From the sequence record KU726251.1: DNA of 64,000 nucleotides. One strand, written 5' to 3'. Positions 28,815-38,321 of the stretch are shown here, in pieces (the stretch's first letter is position 1; every line of letters begins with the position of its first letter). The position numbers and the translations under genes are program-made. The notes under the pieces were generated by a model. That model had not been told where the DNA came from and made no database searches. It saw only the letters and a list, made by a program, of their open reading frames with translations.

Positions 28815-31052
28815 ATGAAAACACCAGTCGAACTCATGTCAAGCGTTGCTGACCGTGAGGTGAATATCACTGGCGTATCTGGGGCACGTGCCTCAATGGT
28901 GGGTGGACATATGAAGTCGGCGGTACCACTGGACAATCCAGACCCGACTATCCATTTTACCGGCGCTGATGTGAACTACCACGATTATTGTTTTAACGAT
29001 ATCGTGGAAGATAGTGGTACCGTGTGCAGTTACACAACCAAAGAAGGTGTTACTCGTGCAGCTGTTTTTGCACGCTATGGTCGTGAAGGGGATCACGATC
29101 CGCTCCAGCATGTTATCTTCTTCACGCGCGCAGATTTAACCAACCAGCGCAAAGTGATGATTGATGTAATCGATATTAAGTATTACACCAACCACGATAA
29201 CATTTTCTCGTCTAAGAAAGAGGCTACTGGGAAACTTCAGGCGTTGCTGCGCGGACAGACGCAGCACCTGGAAAAAGATGAAATGCTTACCGTACTGCCG
29301 GCACAGAAAGACGGTGAGTTTGTCGATGGGGTCAATCTGCACACTGTGACAATGTCGCACCCAGACATTATCGAGGACTCGTACACCATCTCCGAAACTG
29401 CAGCGAAGGCGATGCACGCTTATGGTTTGCGTGCAATCGACTTTACCTTGCGCGACGACGAGTACCTGCTTGATACGTATGGGACAACGGGTATTGATGG
29501 CGTTCGTCGGCCACAGTACCTGCCCAATAAAGGACAGGCAATTCGCGATGATGGGTTGGTTATAGCCGCGCGTCGTTTCGATAAGCTGTGGGCGGCTATT
29601 GACTCGCACGTGGGCGAAACACAACATATCTCTCCGCACTTCGACCGCTGTGAGTATGTTGACGCTGACCCTGAGCATTACAAAGCGCGTCAGGCCGGCG
29701 ACTTTGAAAAGATGGAACGTACCGGTTCTCGTGTCGTTGATATTCAGGTATGGCGGGACGAAACCAAATGCGATCGTGGTGTTAACAATATCGCATGTAC
29801 CGAAGAGAACAAACGCGAGTTAGATCACTACGCGAACGCTTTGAAACGTTTTTACAATGATATCGTACGGTTCTATTTTGCGATGTCCAAGGACAAGAAT
29901 ATCGTCTGGTCACCGAAAGCGTTTGAGATTCTTGACAAGGCGTTCTGTTCTGAGACGTATGAAGTCTATAATGACTTCCGTGAAGAGATTGGTCGTGAAT
30001 ACGATGAAGCCATGCGTAAAGGTGAGTATAACCGTTCTGCTGATAAGAACGTGTTGAACAAACTGGCGCAGCCGGTTCAGCGTGGTCTCTGGGACCCAAT
30101 TGGTAGTTACACGATACGCATCGTGGTACGTTATCCAATCCCAGTTACCGTCTCATCGAAAATCACCGACCGTTCAGGTACAAAAGGTATCGTGGGCGCA
30201 GTGCGGCCTGATGAAGAAATGCCGATTAACGAGTTCGGAGAACGTGTGCATGTCATTCGTTCCATGAACGCCGTAATTCGTCGTTCGACTTATGCTGCGC
30301 TGTTCCACATGTATTGGTCTGCTGCATCCGAGCAGTTGAAGATGCGGTTGAAACCATTACTTGCCGCCAACCAGGTTGACGAAGCCTGGGAAATCCTGAT
30401 GGACTATATCGATCGCTATAACCCACGCTGGACATTCTATCTCAATGCCAGTCACCCGGATACTGGGTCACGTCTGGAACTCTTTAAAGAGATTTACGAC
30501 TTCACGATTCGTATCTGGCTTCCCCACGAATTGAATGCTACCCAGGTAGAAATCTGCCGTGCTCTAGGCGAGTATGCACCACGCAAGTCTAAGCTACTGA
30601 TTACTAACTATCAGGGTGAGAAAGAGTGGACGAAGAACCAGTTCTACGTCGGCATGGTAGAGACTCTGCGCCTGGATAAAACCGGTCGTGAGTTCTCCAG
30701 TATCTCGTCGATGTACACGAACTATTTGGGTTGTATTGATGCATCCAACCAAGGACGTGGTTCATATCCGATTAACCTGAAAGGGTTGAAGTGGGGTGGT
30801 CCTTCCGAGCAGCGTCTTACCGACGGCTTTGGTCCGGGCAACTTCCCCGAAACTCATGACCGCGCTAATAACCCTGCGGTACACCGTGCGATCGTAACGG
30901 GGCTGTATAACTCACCAACACCAACCAATCCAGGGGTGCTGGTCGATCGTAAGAAACTGCCAATGGGAGATTCGCAGATTGACAGGATGATACGTAACAT
31001 CCATCGCTGTGAAGGTTTTGAATTAGTGCGTCCAATTCGGGAGGATAAATAA
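28815..31052 (+). CDS. nvRNAP beta subunit, C-terminal part (phiKZ gp71-73-like)
   Basis: SGARASMVGGHMKSAV, IEDSY, SSKITDRSGTKG, KWGGPSEQR beta-type motifs; no intron. Confidence 0.9.
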   Translation: MKTPVELMSSVADREVNITGVSGARASMVGGHMKSAVPLDNPDPTIHFTGADVNYHDYCFNDIVEDSGTVCSYTTKEGVTRAAVFARYGREGDHDPLQHVIFFTRADLTNQRKVMIDVIDIKYYTNHDNIFSSKKEATGKLQALLRGQTQHLEKDEMLTVLPAQKDGEFVDGVNLHTVTMSHPDIIEDSYTISETAAKAMHAYGLRAIDFTLRDDEYLLDTYGTTGIDGVRRPQYLPNKGQAIRDDGLVIAARRFDKLWAAIDSHVGETQHISPHFDRCEYVDADPEHYKARQAGDFEKMERTGSRVVDIQVWRDETKCDRGVNNIACTEENKRELDHYANALKRFYNDIVRFYFAMSKDKNIVWSPKAFEILDKAFCSETYEVYNDFREEIGREYDEAMRKGEYNRSADKNVLNKLAQPVQRGLWDPIGSYTIRIVVRYPIPVTVSSKITDRSGTKGIVGAVRPDEEMPINEFGERVHVIRSMNAVIRRSTYAALFHMYWSAASEQLKMRLKPLLAANQVDEAWEILMDYIDRYNPRWTFYLNASHPDTGSRLELFKEIYDFTIRIWLPHELNATQVEICRALGEYAPRKSKLLITNYQGEKEWTKNQFYVGMVETLRLDKTGREFSSISSMYTNYLGCIDASNQGRGSYPINLKGLKWGGPSEQRLTDGFGPGNFPETHDRANNPAVHRAIVTGLYNSPTPTNPGVLVDRKKLPMGDSQIDRMIRNIHRCEGFELVRPIREDK

Positions 31053-33157
31053 TGGCGGGTCGTTCTGTACACGTACGTGATTTGCGTATGCTTAACTCTG
31101 ATCAGGTGTGGAAACTACGCGGGCGTTATTACGTGACTTTCGACGATGGTAAGTCGTTGGAAATGTCTAGTCGCCACATCAAACTCAGCTGGCCGTATTG
31201 GGGTGTGTCGCGTCTGTATCCGCAGGTGCCCACTCCATCGACCATGGCGTATCGTCCAGGTCAGGTAGCAACAGATGACCTGCATCTGGACTTTATGTCG
31301 GAAGCAGCGGTACTGGCCCGTAAAGCAGGTGTCGACCTTGCTGAAACGCGTTATATCCTGAGTCAACATGTCTACGCCGATGCGTTCAACATGACAGTGA
31401 AGAACCTGCTGTCCTATTGTACGACAATCGACTTTGATACGATGATGGAGATCTACGACCATCCGAACTTCGAACTCATCCGTCAGTGGGAAGTGCAATA
31501 TCCTACTGGCTACGATGAAGATGGTCGGGATATGGTTGAAGAAGCGTACAAGCTTATCGAGAAAATCTTCAAAGACCCTGCGCTACGGTATAACCCGGTC
31601 GTGATGTCGGTACTGGACGGTACTGTGAAGATGAACCAGGTACTGCAAGCCTTCGTGCGTGGTAAAACGTCAGAAATTGACTCACGTGTATACACCAATC
31701 AGGTGTGGGAAGGCTTCTTTACCGGAATGCATTCGGTTATTTCGCGTTTGAAAGAATCTGGTGCAACTTCACGTTCCCACCTGTACAACACTGACAAGAT
31801 TGCCGAAGCAGAATACGCCTCACGTAAACTGCAGCTGGCAGCAAACGTACTGATGTATTTCACGTACGACGACTGCGGTACAACTCACGCTCACCGCTAC
31901 ACTTTTAAGGATACGCAGCTGGATGAGCGTGCCTATAAAGCGATGGTGGGGATGCGTTATCGTTTAGAAGGCGATACTGGTCCGTGGTTGAGATTTGAGA
32001 AAGGTGGATACGCAGACCTGGTTGGCAAACCGCTGGTCTTCCGTAGTGCCATGACCTGTAAAGAGATGGCGAATCAGTCCATCTGTGCGACCTGTATGGG
32101 GGATTTGATTTATAACCTCTCTGAAGGTACGTCACCGGGTCACCTGGCGTCCACGTCCATCTCGGAAAAGGGTACACAGGGAATTCTCTCTACCAAGCAC
32201 CTTGACTTCTTGCGTTATCTGCTCAACCTGGTACTCACCCCACGTATGCGTGAGTATATGACCGAATACAAACATAACTCTCTGAAAGGGTTGTGCTTGC
32301 TGCCAAAACCACAGCGTGGGAATTGGTCAGAATACGAGTTGGTTGTTACCGACAAAGTTTATTCGGAGCTGAGCCAGATTGCGTATCATGAAGATCTCGA
32401 TGCGATTGATGAAACGGCATTACCAGAAATCACCGACTTAACTTTCCAGCGTCGTTTAGAAGATGGGCAGATAATCGCTGCGGATTCTATCGATGTGCGA
32501 ATGGGTGTTTGTGGGAACTTCTCTAAACCGTTCCTGCACTACTTCTTGAAACAACGAGCGAACATTCGTATCGAGAAGAAGACGGTAGAAATCCCCTTAA
32601 AAGGATGGAACCCGAAACACCCGGTCCTGGTCTACACCAACCGTTCTGAATCGATGGCGGAGTTCGTAGCCGGCTTAGAAACCAAGCTCCGTTCGATTGC
32701 TGCCGATAAGAACGAAGACATTGTGGAAATCATCAACACAGCCTCGACTGTGAAGCTGAACAAGAAACAAGGTCGTGTGAAACCGGTGACGTTGGTTGAA
32801 ATGGGTGGTGCTACAGAGAAACAGTGTACTTATGCGTTGATGGACACGTTTAAGTATATCCAGCGTAAGCTGAGTGGTATACCGATGACGCACATTGCGA
32901 TTATGTTGGCGATATCTCGTGTAGAGTCGCCAACCAATCCGTTCCCGGCAGTAGGATTTGACAGTGAGGATTCTACTAATGCCACCGGGAAACGGTTTGT
33001 CGATCACAACACGCTCATTAGTTTGCGCTCGGCAATTCCGATGTTGTTGTTTGAAGGACAGCAGGGGAATATCGATCGCGTTGGTTTTTATACCGAGTAC
33101 AAAATCCCGGCATCGTTGTACGATGACCTAGGAGCCGCTGTGGTAATTGAGTTGTAA
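31052..33157 (+). CDS. nvRNAP beta-prime C-terminal subunit (phiKZ gp74-like)
   Basis: DDCGT, FRSAMTC…ICATCMG Zn site, QGILSTKH. Confidence 0.9.
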   Translation: MAGRSVHVRDLRMLNSDQVWKLRGRYYVTFDDGKSLEMSSRHIKLSWPYWGVSRLYPQVPTPSTMAYRPGQVATDDLHLDFMSEAAVLARKAGVDLAETRYILSQHVYADAFNMTVKNLLSYCTTIDFDTMMEIYDHPNFELIRQWEVQYPTGYDEDGRDMVEEAYKLIEKIFKDPALRYNPVVMSVLDGTVKMNQVLQAFVRGKTSEIDSRVYTNQVWEGFFTGMHSVISRLKESGATSRSHLYNTDKIAEAEYASRKLQLAANVLMYFTYDDCGTTHAHRYTFKDTQLDERAYKAMVGMRYRLEGDTGPWLRFEKGGYADLVGKPLVFRSAMTCKEMANQSICATCMGDLIYNLSEGTSPGHLASTSISEKGTQGILSTKHLDFLRYLLNLVLTPRMREYMTEYKHNSLKGLCLLPKPQRGNWSEYELVVTDKVYSELSQIAYHEDLDAIDETALPEITDLTFQRRLEDGQIIAADSIDVRMGVCGNFSKPFLHYFLKQRANIRIEKKTVEIPLKGWNPKHPVLVYTNRSESMAEFVAGLETKLRSIAADKNEDIVEIINTASTVKLNKKQGRVKPVTLVEMGGATEKQCTYALMDTFKYIQRKLSGIPMTHIAIMLAISRVESPTNPFPAVGFDSEDSTNATGKRFVDHNTLISLRSAIPMLLFEGQQGNIDRVGFYTEYKIPASLYDDLGAAVVIEL

Positions 33158-33160
33158 ACC

Positions 33161-33186
33161 GAGGGGCCTTGCGCCCCTCTTTTTTT
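33161..33186 (+). terminator. intrinsic terminator
   Basis: GAGGGGC-CTTGC-GCCCCTC + T run. Confidence 0.8.
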
Positions 33187-33203
33187 GTGCGAAGAGGGGC
33201 AGC

Positions 33204-34910
33204 ATGGTAGAAATTCAAATGACTTACACGAGTATGGGGGTACGGGTTGAAGTCCCTATCCGCCAGGCTGAAAGGGCCATACTCGCGTGGGCCGAAGAGA
33301 ATATGCACGCCCCAAAGATGGGCAAGCAACATGGACGAATAACTACGGAACGCGGTGACGCGTACTACGCCCACATTCCGTCTTTAAGGACGTTCATTTT
33401 CCATAAAGTGTTCGCTGAGAAGATTAAACATATCCTCCAACGAGCAGCAATTGAATATGCTTTTCAGTACAAGCTGACAGAGCACCATCCTGAGCGAGGA
33501 ACACCTTACTGCTGTACATTTGATAACTACGGCTTCTCGATGGTAGAAAGCGATCCGGAGTCGCGTTTTTACTATCAGAACGAGGTTGTGGATGCAGCGT
33601 CCGATCCAAACCGACCACAGACAATCTTTGCCATTCAGACAGGTCGTGGGAAGACGAAGTCGTGTATGAAGTCGATGGTTAAACGGGGAACCCGTACCGC
33701 ATTGATTCACCGTCCGTCGTACGTTCCCAAATGGCTGTTTGACGTCTGTGATGATGAAACAGGACTTCGTATACTTCGTGACGAGGTGTTAGTTTGTACA
33801 GGCGTACAGGCGATTTACGACGCGCTGGAGATGGGTAAGTCGGGAGAGCTAGATAGTCGTGGTATTAAGGTAATAATCCTCCCCACGGTCTCTCTACAGC
33901 GTTTCCTGAAGGAGTACATTAACACTGCTGCGACTAACCCTGTGGACCTGGATACGTTTTATGATGTTCTGGGTGTGGGTCTGGTGGCGATGGATGAGGT
34001 GCACGAGCATTTTCACCTCGTTTACATGGCTGGTATAATGTTGAACCCTCCGGCATCGATAGAGATGTCTGCAACCCTTAAGCCGGGTAGCAGTAAAGCC
34101 TTTATCGCGGAGCGGTATTTAGAACGTTTCCCAATGGAGTACCGAATCAGTATTCCAATCATTCCGGTGGTTGACGTGAAGGCGTTGTACTATCGACTGG
34201 ATGATAAGAAGTTTGCGTGGTGGGCGTCGAAGATGACGCCGTATAACCACAAGCTCTTCGAAGGGAAGCTGATTAAAGAGAACTTGCATTTAGAATACGC
34301 GAACATGATCTGGGATGTGGTTGAGAAATCGTTCCTTAAACGGTATCAACCTGGCCAAAAATGTTTGATACTCTTTGCTACGGTAGCGATGTGTGAGTTC
34401 TTTACCGAGTATGTGAAAGATAAGTTATCGCGTGACCCTGTATTCCATCCACTGATGGTGGCGAAATATAATGCAGGCGATTCGTATGACGACTTTATCC
34501 AAGCAGACTTCTCTATCTCCACACCGGGGAAAGCGGGGACTGCGGTCGATAAACCTGGGTTGGTACACATGTACATTTCAACCCCGGTAGAAGACCAGCA
34601 ACTGAACGAACAGATGGCCGGTCGTCCACGTAAGATTCTCCACAACGAATGGGGTGAAATAGACCCAACGGTGTGGTTATTCCATGCGTATAACGTACCG
34701 AAGCATTGCAATTACCTGAATGCCCGCCAGAAATCACTCAAGGATGTCGTATTGTCGTTCCGTATTGCGACATCCCCCTACGTTGTAAGGAAATCACATG
34801 CTCACTCCGCCGCGTCCAGCAGAGCCGCTGCCACCCTACATCGGAATGACTTTAGCAAGTTTTCTCGAAAACATTCTAAAGGCGTATCCCGGCGTAGAAG
34901 ACGTCGCTAA
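33204..34910 (+). CDS. SF2 DEAD/DEAH-type helicase
   Basis: Walker A QTGRGKT, DEVH, SAT, QMAGR; start moved past terminator to ATG 33204. Confidence 0.9.
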   Translation: MVEIQMTYTSMGVRVEVPIRQAERAILAWAEENMHAPKMGKQHGRITTERGDAYYAHIPSLRTFIFHKVFAEKIKHILQRAAIEYAFQYKLTEHHPERGTPYCCTFDNYGFSMVESDPESRFYYQNEVVDAASDPNRPQTIFAIQTGRGKTKSCMKSMVKRGTRTALIHRPSYVPKWLFDVCDDETGLRILRDEVLVCTGVQAIYDALEMGKSGELDSRGIKVIILPTVSLQRFLKEYINTAATNPVDLDTFYDVLGVGLVAMDEVHEHFHLVYMAGIMLNPPASIEMSATLKPGSSKAFIAERYLERFPMEYRISIPIIPVVDVKALYYRLDDKKFAWWASKMTPYNHKLFEGKLIKENLHLEYANMIWDVVEKSFLKRYQPGQKCLILFATVAMCEFFTEYVKDKLSRDPVFHPLMVAKYNAGDSYDDFIQADFSISTPGKAGTAVDKPGLVHMYISTPVEDQQLNEQMAGRPRKILHNEWGEIDPTVWLFHAYNVPKHCNYLNARQKSLKDVVLSFRIATSPYVVRKSHAHSAASSRAAATLHRNDFSKFSRKHSKGVSRRRRRR

Positions 34911-35181
34911 GAAACTCTGTACCGACGCCACTATCAACCAGGCGTTTCATTACTACATGGTCACTGAACATTACAGCGGCCTGTTCCTTAACCAACGCGG
35001 GTTGACGTATTACGTCACCCGCACGTCAAGTATCCGTAACACTTCGTCGTACGAGTTATATACGTACGTGTTGTGGAATGAGAACCCGGCCGGTAGTGTC
35101 GATCAGAATCCAAAGATGGCTTATCGTCTTTACTCTGAAAAATGGCACGATTGGGTGACTGTTCCACACGATGCAAGTTAA
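34798..35181 (+). CDS. hypothetical protein
   Basis: AAGGAAA RBS; overlaps helicase tail. Confidence 0.65.
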   Translation: MLTPPRPAEPLPPYIGMTLASFLENILKAYPGVEDVAKKLCTDATINQAFHYYMVTEHYSGLFLNQRGLTYYVTRTSSIRNTSSYELYTYVLWNENPAGSVDQNPKMAYRLYSEKWHDWVTVPHDAS

Positions 35182-35240
35182 TCACGTTTTGGGTGTATAT
35201 TGTGTATACACCCAACCCTAATTTCAAAAGGATTATTACG

Positions 35241-35861
35241 ATGAGTCGTCGCAAAAAGAAACCCGCTTATAACCCACGTAAAGACGCCCGCGATTTCGTC
35301 AAGGCGATGATGCAGTCTGTGTTGAAAAAACAAGCTGTGTTTATCGAAAGTACCGAATTCCTGTCAGGCAAAATTGATCGGGAGCGTGAAGTAACTGAAG
35401 CCATTACGCACGAAGAGCTGAAAGCCTTTACGTTGAAAGCGCTGGATGAAGCACAGGCGGCTTTCCTTGGCATGTGTCAGCAAGGCAAAGAGCTGTTCGG
35501 TAAACTGATTGTTGAGGCAGATGCTAAGGCTGTGCCGGTGTTTGACATGCTGAACGATAACAGCAAAACGTGGAAAGAAATCAAAGACCAGTTCCACGTC
35601 GACCACACCGAACTGTCCCTGATTGACCAGCGGGCAAACATGCTTGCGATGGATATTCAGGGCACCAGTATCGAAATCTTCTCCACGTATAACGCGAAAG
35701 TGAAGTTCGTGAAGCAGGCGCTGAATAACGGTCATACCGTGGAACAAGCCGAAGTTCTGTTGGCTGAAGCTCTGGCTAATAATTCGAAGGAACTCCCTAA
35801 AAACGCCATCGTCGATCACAATGACGTTGTAGTAGAAACCGAGGAAGCGGCTAATGTCTGA
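35241..35861 (+). CDS. hypothetical helical protein
   Basis: AAAGGA RBS before ATG 35241. Confidence 0.75.
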   Translation: MSRRKKKPAYNPRKDARDFVKAMMQSVLKKQAVFIESTEFLSGKIDREREVTEAITHEELKAFTLKALDEAQAAFLGMCQQGKELFGKLIVEADAKAVPVFDMLNDNSKTWKEIKDQFHVDHTELSLIDQRANMLAMDIQGTSIEIFSTYNAKVKFVKQALNNGHTVEQAEVLLAEALANNSKELPKNAIVDHNDVVVETEEAANV

Positions 35862-38241
35862 GATCCAAGATCAGCGTCCGGGTAATGCCCGTCGCCCTAA
35901 TCCCGACCAGCCAGCCCCTGTGGCGGCTGCTACCCAACAAGAGATGATTCTTCCGACCGTGCCTGATGACGCGACCTCGGATGCAATCATCATGGCTATT
36001 AAACAAGCCAATCCTGATTTTTCTTTTGCCCGTGCAGAAGAAGTTTATCACCAACACTATCATCGTCCGGAGCCTAAGCTTGAGCGTCCGACGTTTGTAG
36101 AAGAGGCGTTGCCTGAACCTGCTGCACCTGTACCACCGGCACCTCAGACTTTTGCTGAACAGGTGCAGGAGCACCTACATCGTGCCCCGGAACCGGTAGT
36201 AGAGAAAGCGCCTACGGTAGAACCTGCTCCGCAGCCAAAAGCTCCGGAAGCGGTTGCACCGGCACAGCCGGCTGTAAAAGAAATGGAAGATGCAGCACCG
36301 AAGGTTCCGGAACAACAACAGATGCGTGAGATTGACTTCGGTAATACCCATTTAGCTGAAACCGCCGAAATGGGTGAAGATGAAGCCGATCGTATTCTGA
36401 CACAGTCGAAGATGTTGATTGGTCTGAAACAAGACCCTAACATCATTGCAGACTCCCTGCAAAAGTTCCTCGGTAATATTAAACGTTCACCGAAAGACGG
36501 CCGGCTGCTATTCGAAAGCCCTGAACAGCAACAGGTTTACGACGACATCTATCGTGCTTTGAACATGACCCCGCCACGTCTACAGGACGGCGTACCGGCA
36601 TTCGCGGGTGCACTGGACCGTGGTGATACCGCTTGGGAACAGCGCGTGATGTTGCCGGACGGCAAGGCATCTGGTGCTATTGCACCGCGTGACAATATGC
36701 ACACTGGCGCGCTGGCTGCTTTGCGTCGTGTACGTAAGTCGGGTATTCCGAACATGGTTTGGTTGCCGGCCACAGGTATCTACGTGGGCTTCCGCGCACC
36801 GCATGAACGTGACCTTTGTGACTTCGACATGCGTCTAACGCTGGAAACTGCGACCATCGGTATGCAGACCTACGGATTGATGCTGTCGTCGTCTTCTGGC
36901 GTGTACATGCGCCACATGGTTGAATTCGCACTTCAGTTTGTTACCGAAGCAACCATCGATTGTGCGGGTAACGATCTGCGTACGGTGCTGTTGGATACCA
37001 TTGATCTGGCTGACTACTGGCTGGTTATTCTGGGTCCGTTGCAGGCGAAGTGGCCGTCTGGTATTCCATGGACGCTGATGTGTGGCGAAGACGGCTGCAA
37101 CCAGCAGGAAGATGTGAAGCTGAATATCGCACGCTGTATCCGTTTCGGTTCCGGTCTGTTTAGCGACCTGCAGAAACAACTGTGGGCACGTCAACGCGGT
37201 ACTGAGCGTCCAGTGATTTCTATTGCAGAACAGCGCGAATATATCGCAGCGCATCAGGTTGACCCATCTTCGGTATTTGAATACCACGACGTGCGTGTTG
37301 AATTTGGCCGTTCTACCCTGGGTAGCTTCTTTGACTCCACCGAGAAGTGGATTGAAGACGTTAACGCGTCAACTACGGCAGCGCTGTCTGAATTTGCTAC
37401 CGAGCGTGAACGTGAATCCCATATGCGTTTAACTGCAGAAGCCCGTCGCTTAACGCGCTACGCTCACATGGTGAAATCTATCACCGTTAATGAGCAACGT
37501 GAAGTAAACGGTGAAATGCAGGTTATCCCACAAACTGAAACCGACACAGCGAAAATCGTTGAGATGCTGGAAGAGCTGTCTTCCGACCGTATCTACGTTG
37601 GTCAGTTTGAAAACGCGATTGCTGAATACAACGAACGTACACGTTTAGCGGTATTCGGTTACATGGGTAAACGCTGCCCGGCGTGTGGTAAAACACACGG
37701 CGAGAAAGACGGTCTGTATCGTATCGTCGCTTACTTGCGGTCCGGACAGGGTTTTTTTCGTGCTCTCTCGAGTGGTGTCCGAGATTCAGAAATTCTTGCT
37801 GGATCAATACGCCGATATTGGCTAGACCAGGAAGACGTTCCGTCCGAGCAAATCATTACAACGCTCAAGATGGATACCACCTCTCTCTTCAAGCAGCGTA
37901 GCACACGTCCTATTACGTATCAGGAAGCCCATAACGAGCTTCTGGAAGCGTATGACCGTACACTGGCTCTTAATACCGGCGACCATCAGGTAGGGTTGTC
38001 GGATTTTGAAAACCCGGTATATGGTAGTCTTTACGATATCTGGTACGCCACTTACTTACGTGAAGAGGTCGGTGAAAACTACCGGATGTCGATAGACGAG
38101 TTCCTCGACCGCCCCCGCTGGCAGATACTGCTGATGCTCGACAATATCCGTCGTCGCAAAGCGATTATCGCCAAAGCCGGCGAGCAGGTGGCAGGTGAAC
38201 GTGCGTTAAAGGAGCTGGAGAAAGATCTGACGGGACATTAA
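35854..38241 (+). CDS. putative tail/baseplate-hub assembly chaperone pair (G and GT-like); fused as written, probably two overlapping frames (G ending 37825)
   Basis: Pro-rich N-terminus; C-x4-C and CPACG; alternative frame PDRVFFVLSRVVSEIQKFLLDQYADIG* over a T7 run; gp51/T-like SIDEFLDRPRWQILLML segment. Confidence 0.55.
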   Translation: MSEIQDQRPGNARRPNPDQPAPVAAATQQEMILPTVPDDATSDAIIMAIKQANPDFSFARAEEVYHQHYHRPEPKLERPTFVEEALPEPAAPVPPAPQTFAEQVQEHLHRAPEPVVEKAPTVEPAPQPKAPEAVAPAQPAVKEMEDAAPKVPEQQQMREIDFGNTHLAETAEMGEDEADRILTQSKMLIGLKQDPNIIADSLQKFLGNIKRSPKDGRLLFESPEQQQVYDDIYRALNMTPPRLQDGVPAFAGALDRGDTAWEQRVMLPDGKASGAIAPRDNMHTGALAALRRVRKSGIPNMVWLPATGIYVGFRAPHERDLCDFDMRLTLETATIGMQTYGLMLSSSSGVYMRHMVEFALQFVTEATIDCAGNDLRTVLLDTIDLADYWLVILGPLQAKWPSGIPWTLMCGEDGCNQQEDVKLNIARCIRFGSGLFSDLQKQLWARQRGTERPVISIAEQREYIAAHQVDPSSVFEYHDVRVEFGRSTLGSFFDSTEKWIEDVNASTTAALSEFATERERESHMRLTAEARRLTRYAHMVKSITVNEQREVNGEMQVIPQTETDTAKIVEMLEELSSDRIYVGQFENAIAEYNERTRLAVFGYMGKRCPACGKTHGEKDGLYRIVAYLRSGQGFFRALSSGVRDSEILAGSIRRYWLDQEDVPSEQIITTLKMDTTSLFKQRSTRPITYQEAHNELLEAYDRTLALNTGDHQVGLSDFENPVYGSLYDIWYATYLREEVGENYRMSIDEFLDRPRWQILLMLDNIRRRKAIIAKAGEQVAGERALKELEKDLTGH

Positions 38242-38249
38242 TAGAAATT

Positions 38250-38280
38250 CGGGGCTTCGGCCCCGTTTTCTTTTTTTTAT
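38250..38280 (+). terminator. intrinsic terminator
   Basis: CGGGGC-TTCG-GCCCCG + T run. Confidence 0.85.
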
Positions 38281-38321
38281 TCGCCTTGGTATGAATGCCC
38301 TTTTCACTATGGAACAGAGCC

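Noticed and set aside
17507-33157. Group I intron or homing endonuclease in RNAP genes, as in phiKZ
   Set aside because: No insert and no HNH, GIY-YIG or LAGLIDADG ORF; the only break is a 1-nt indel
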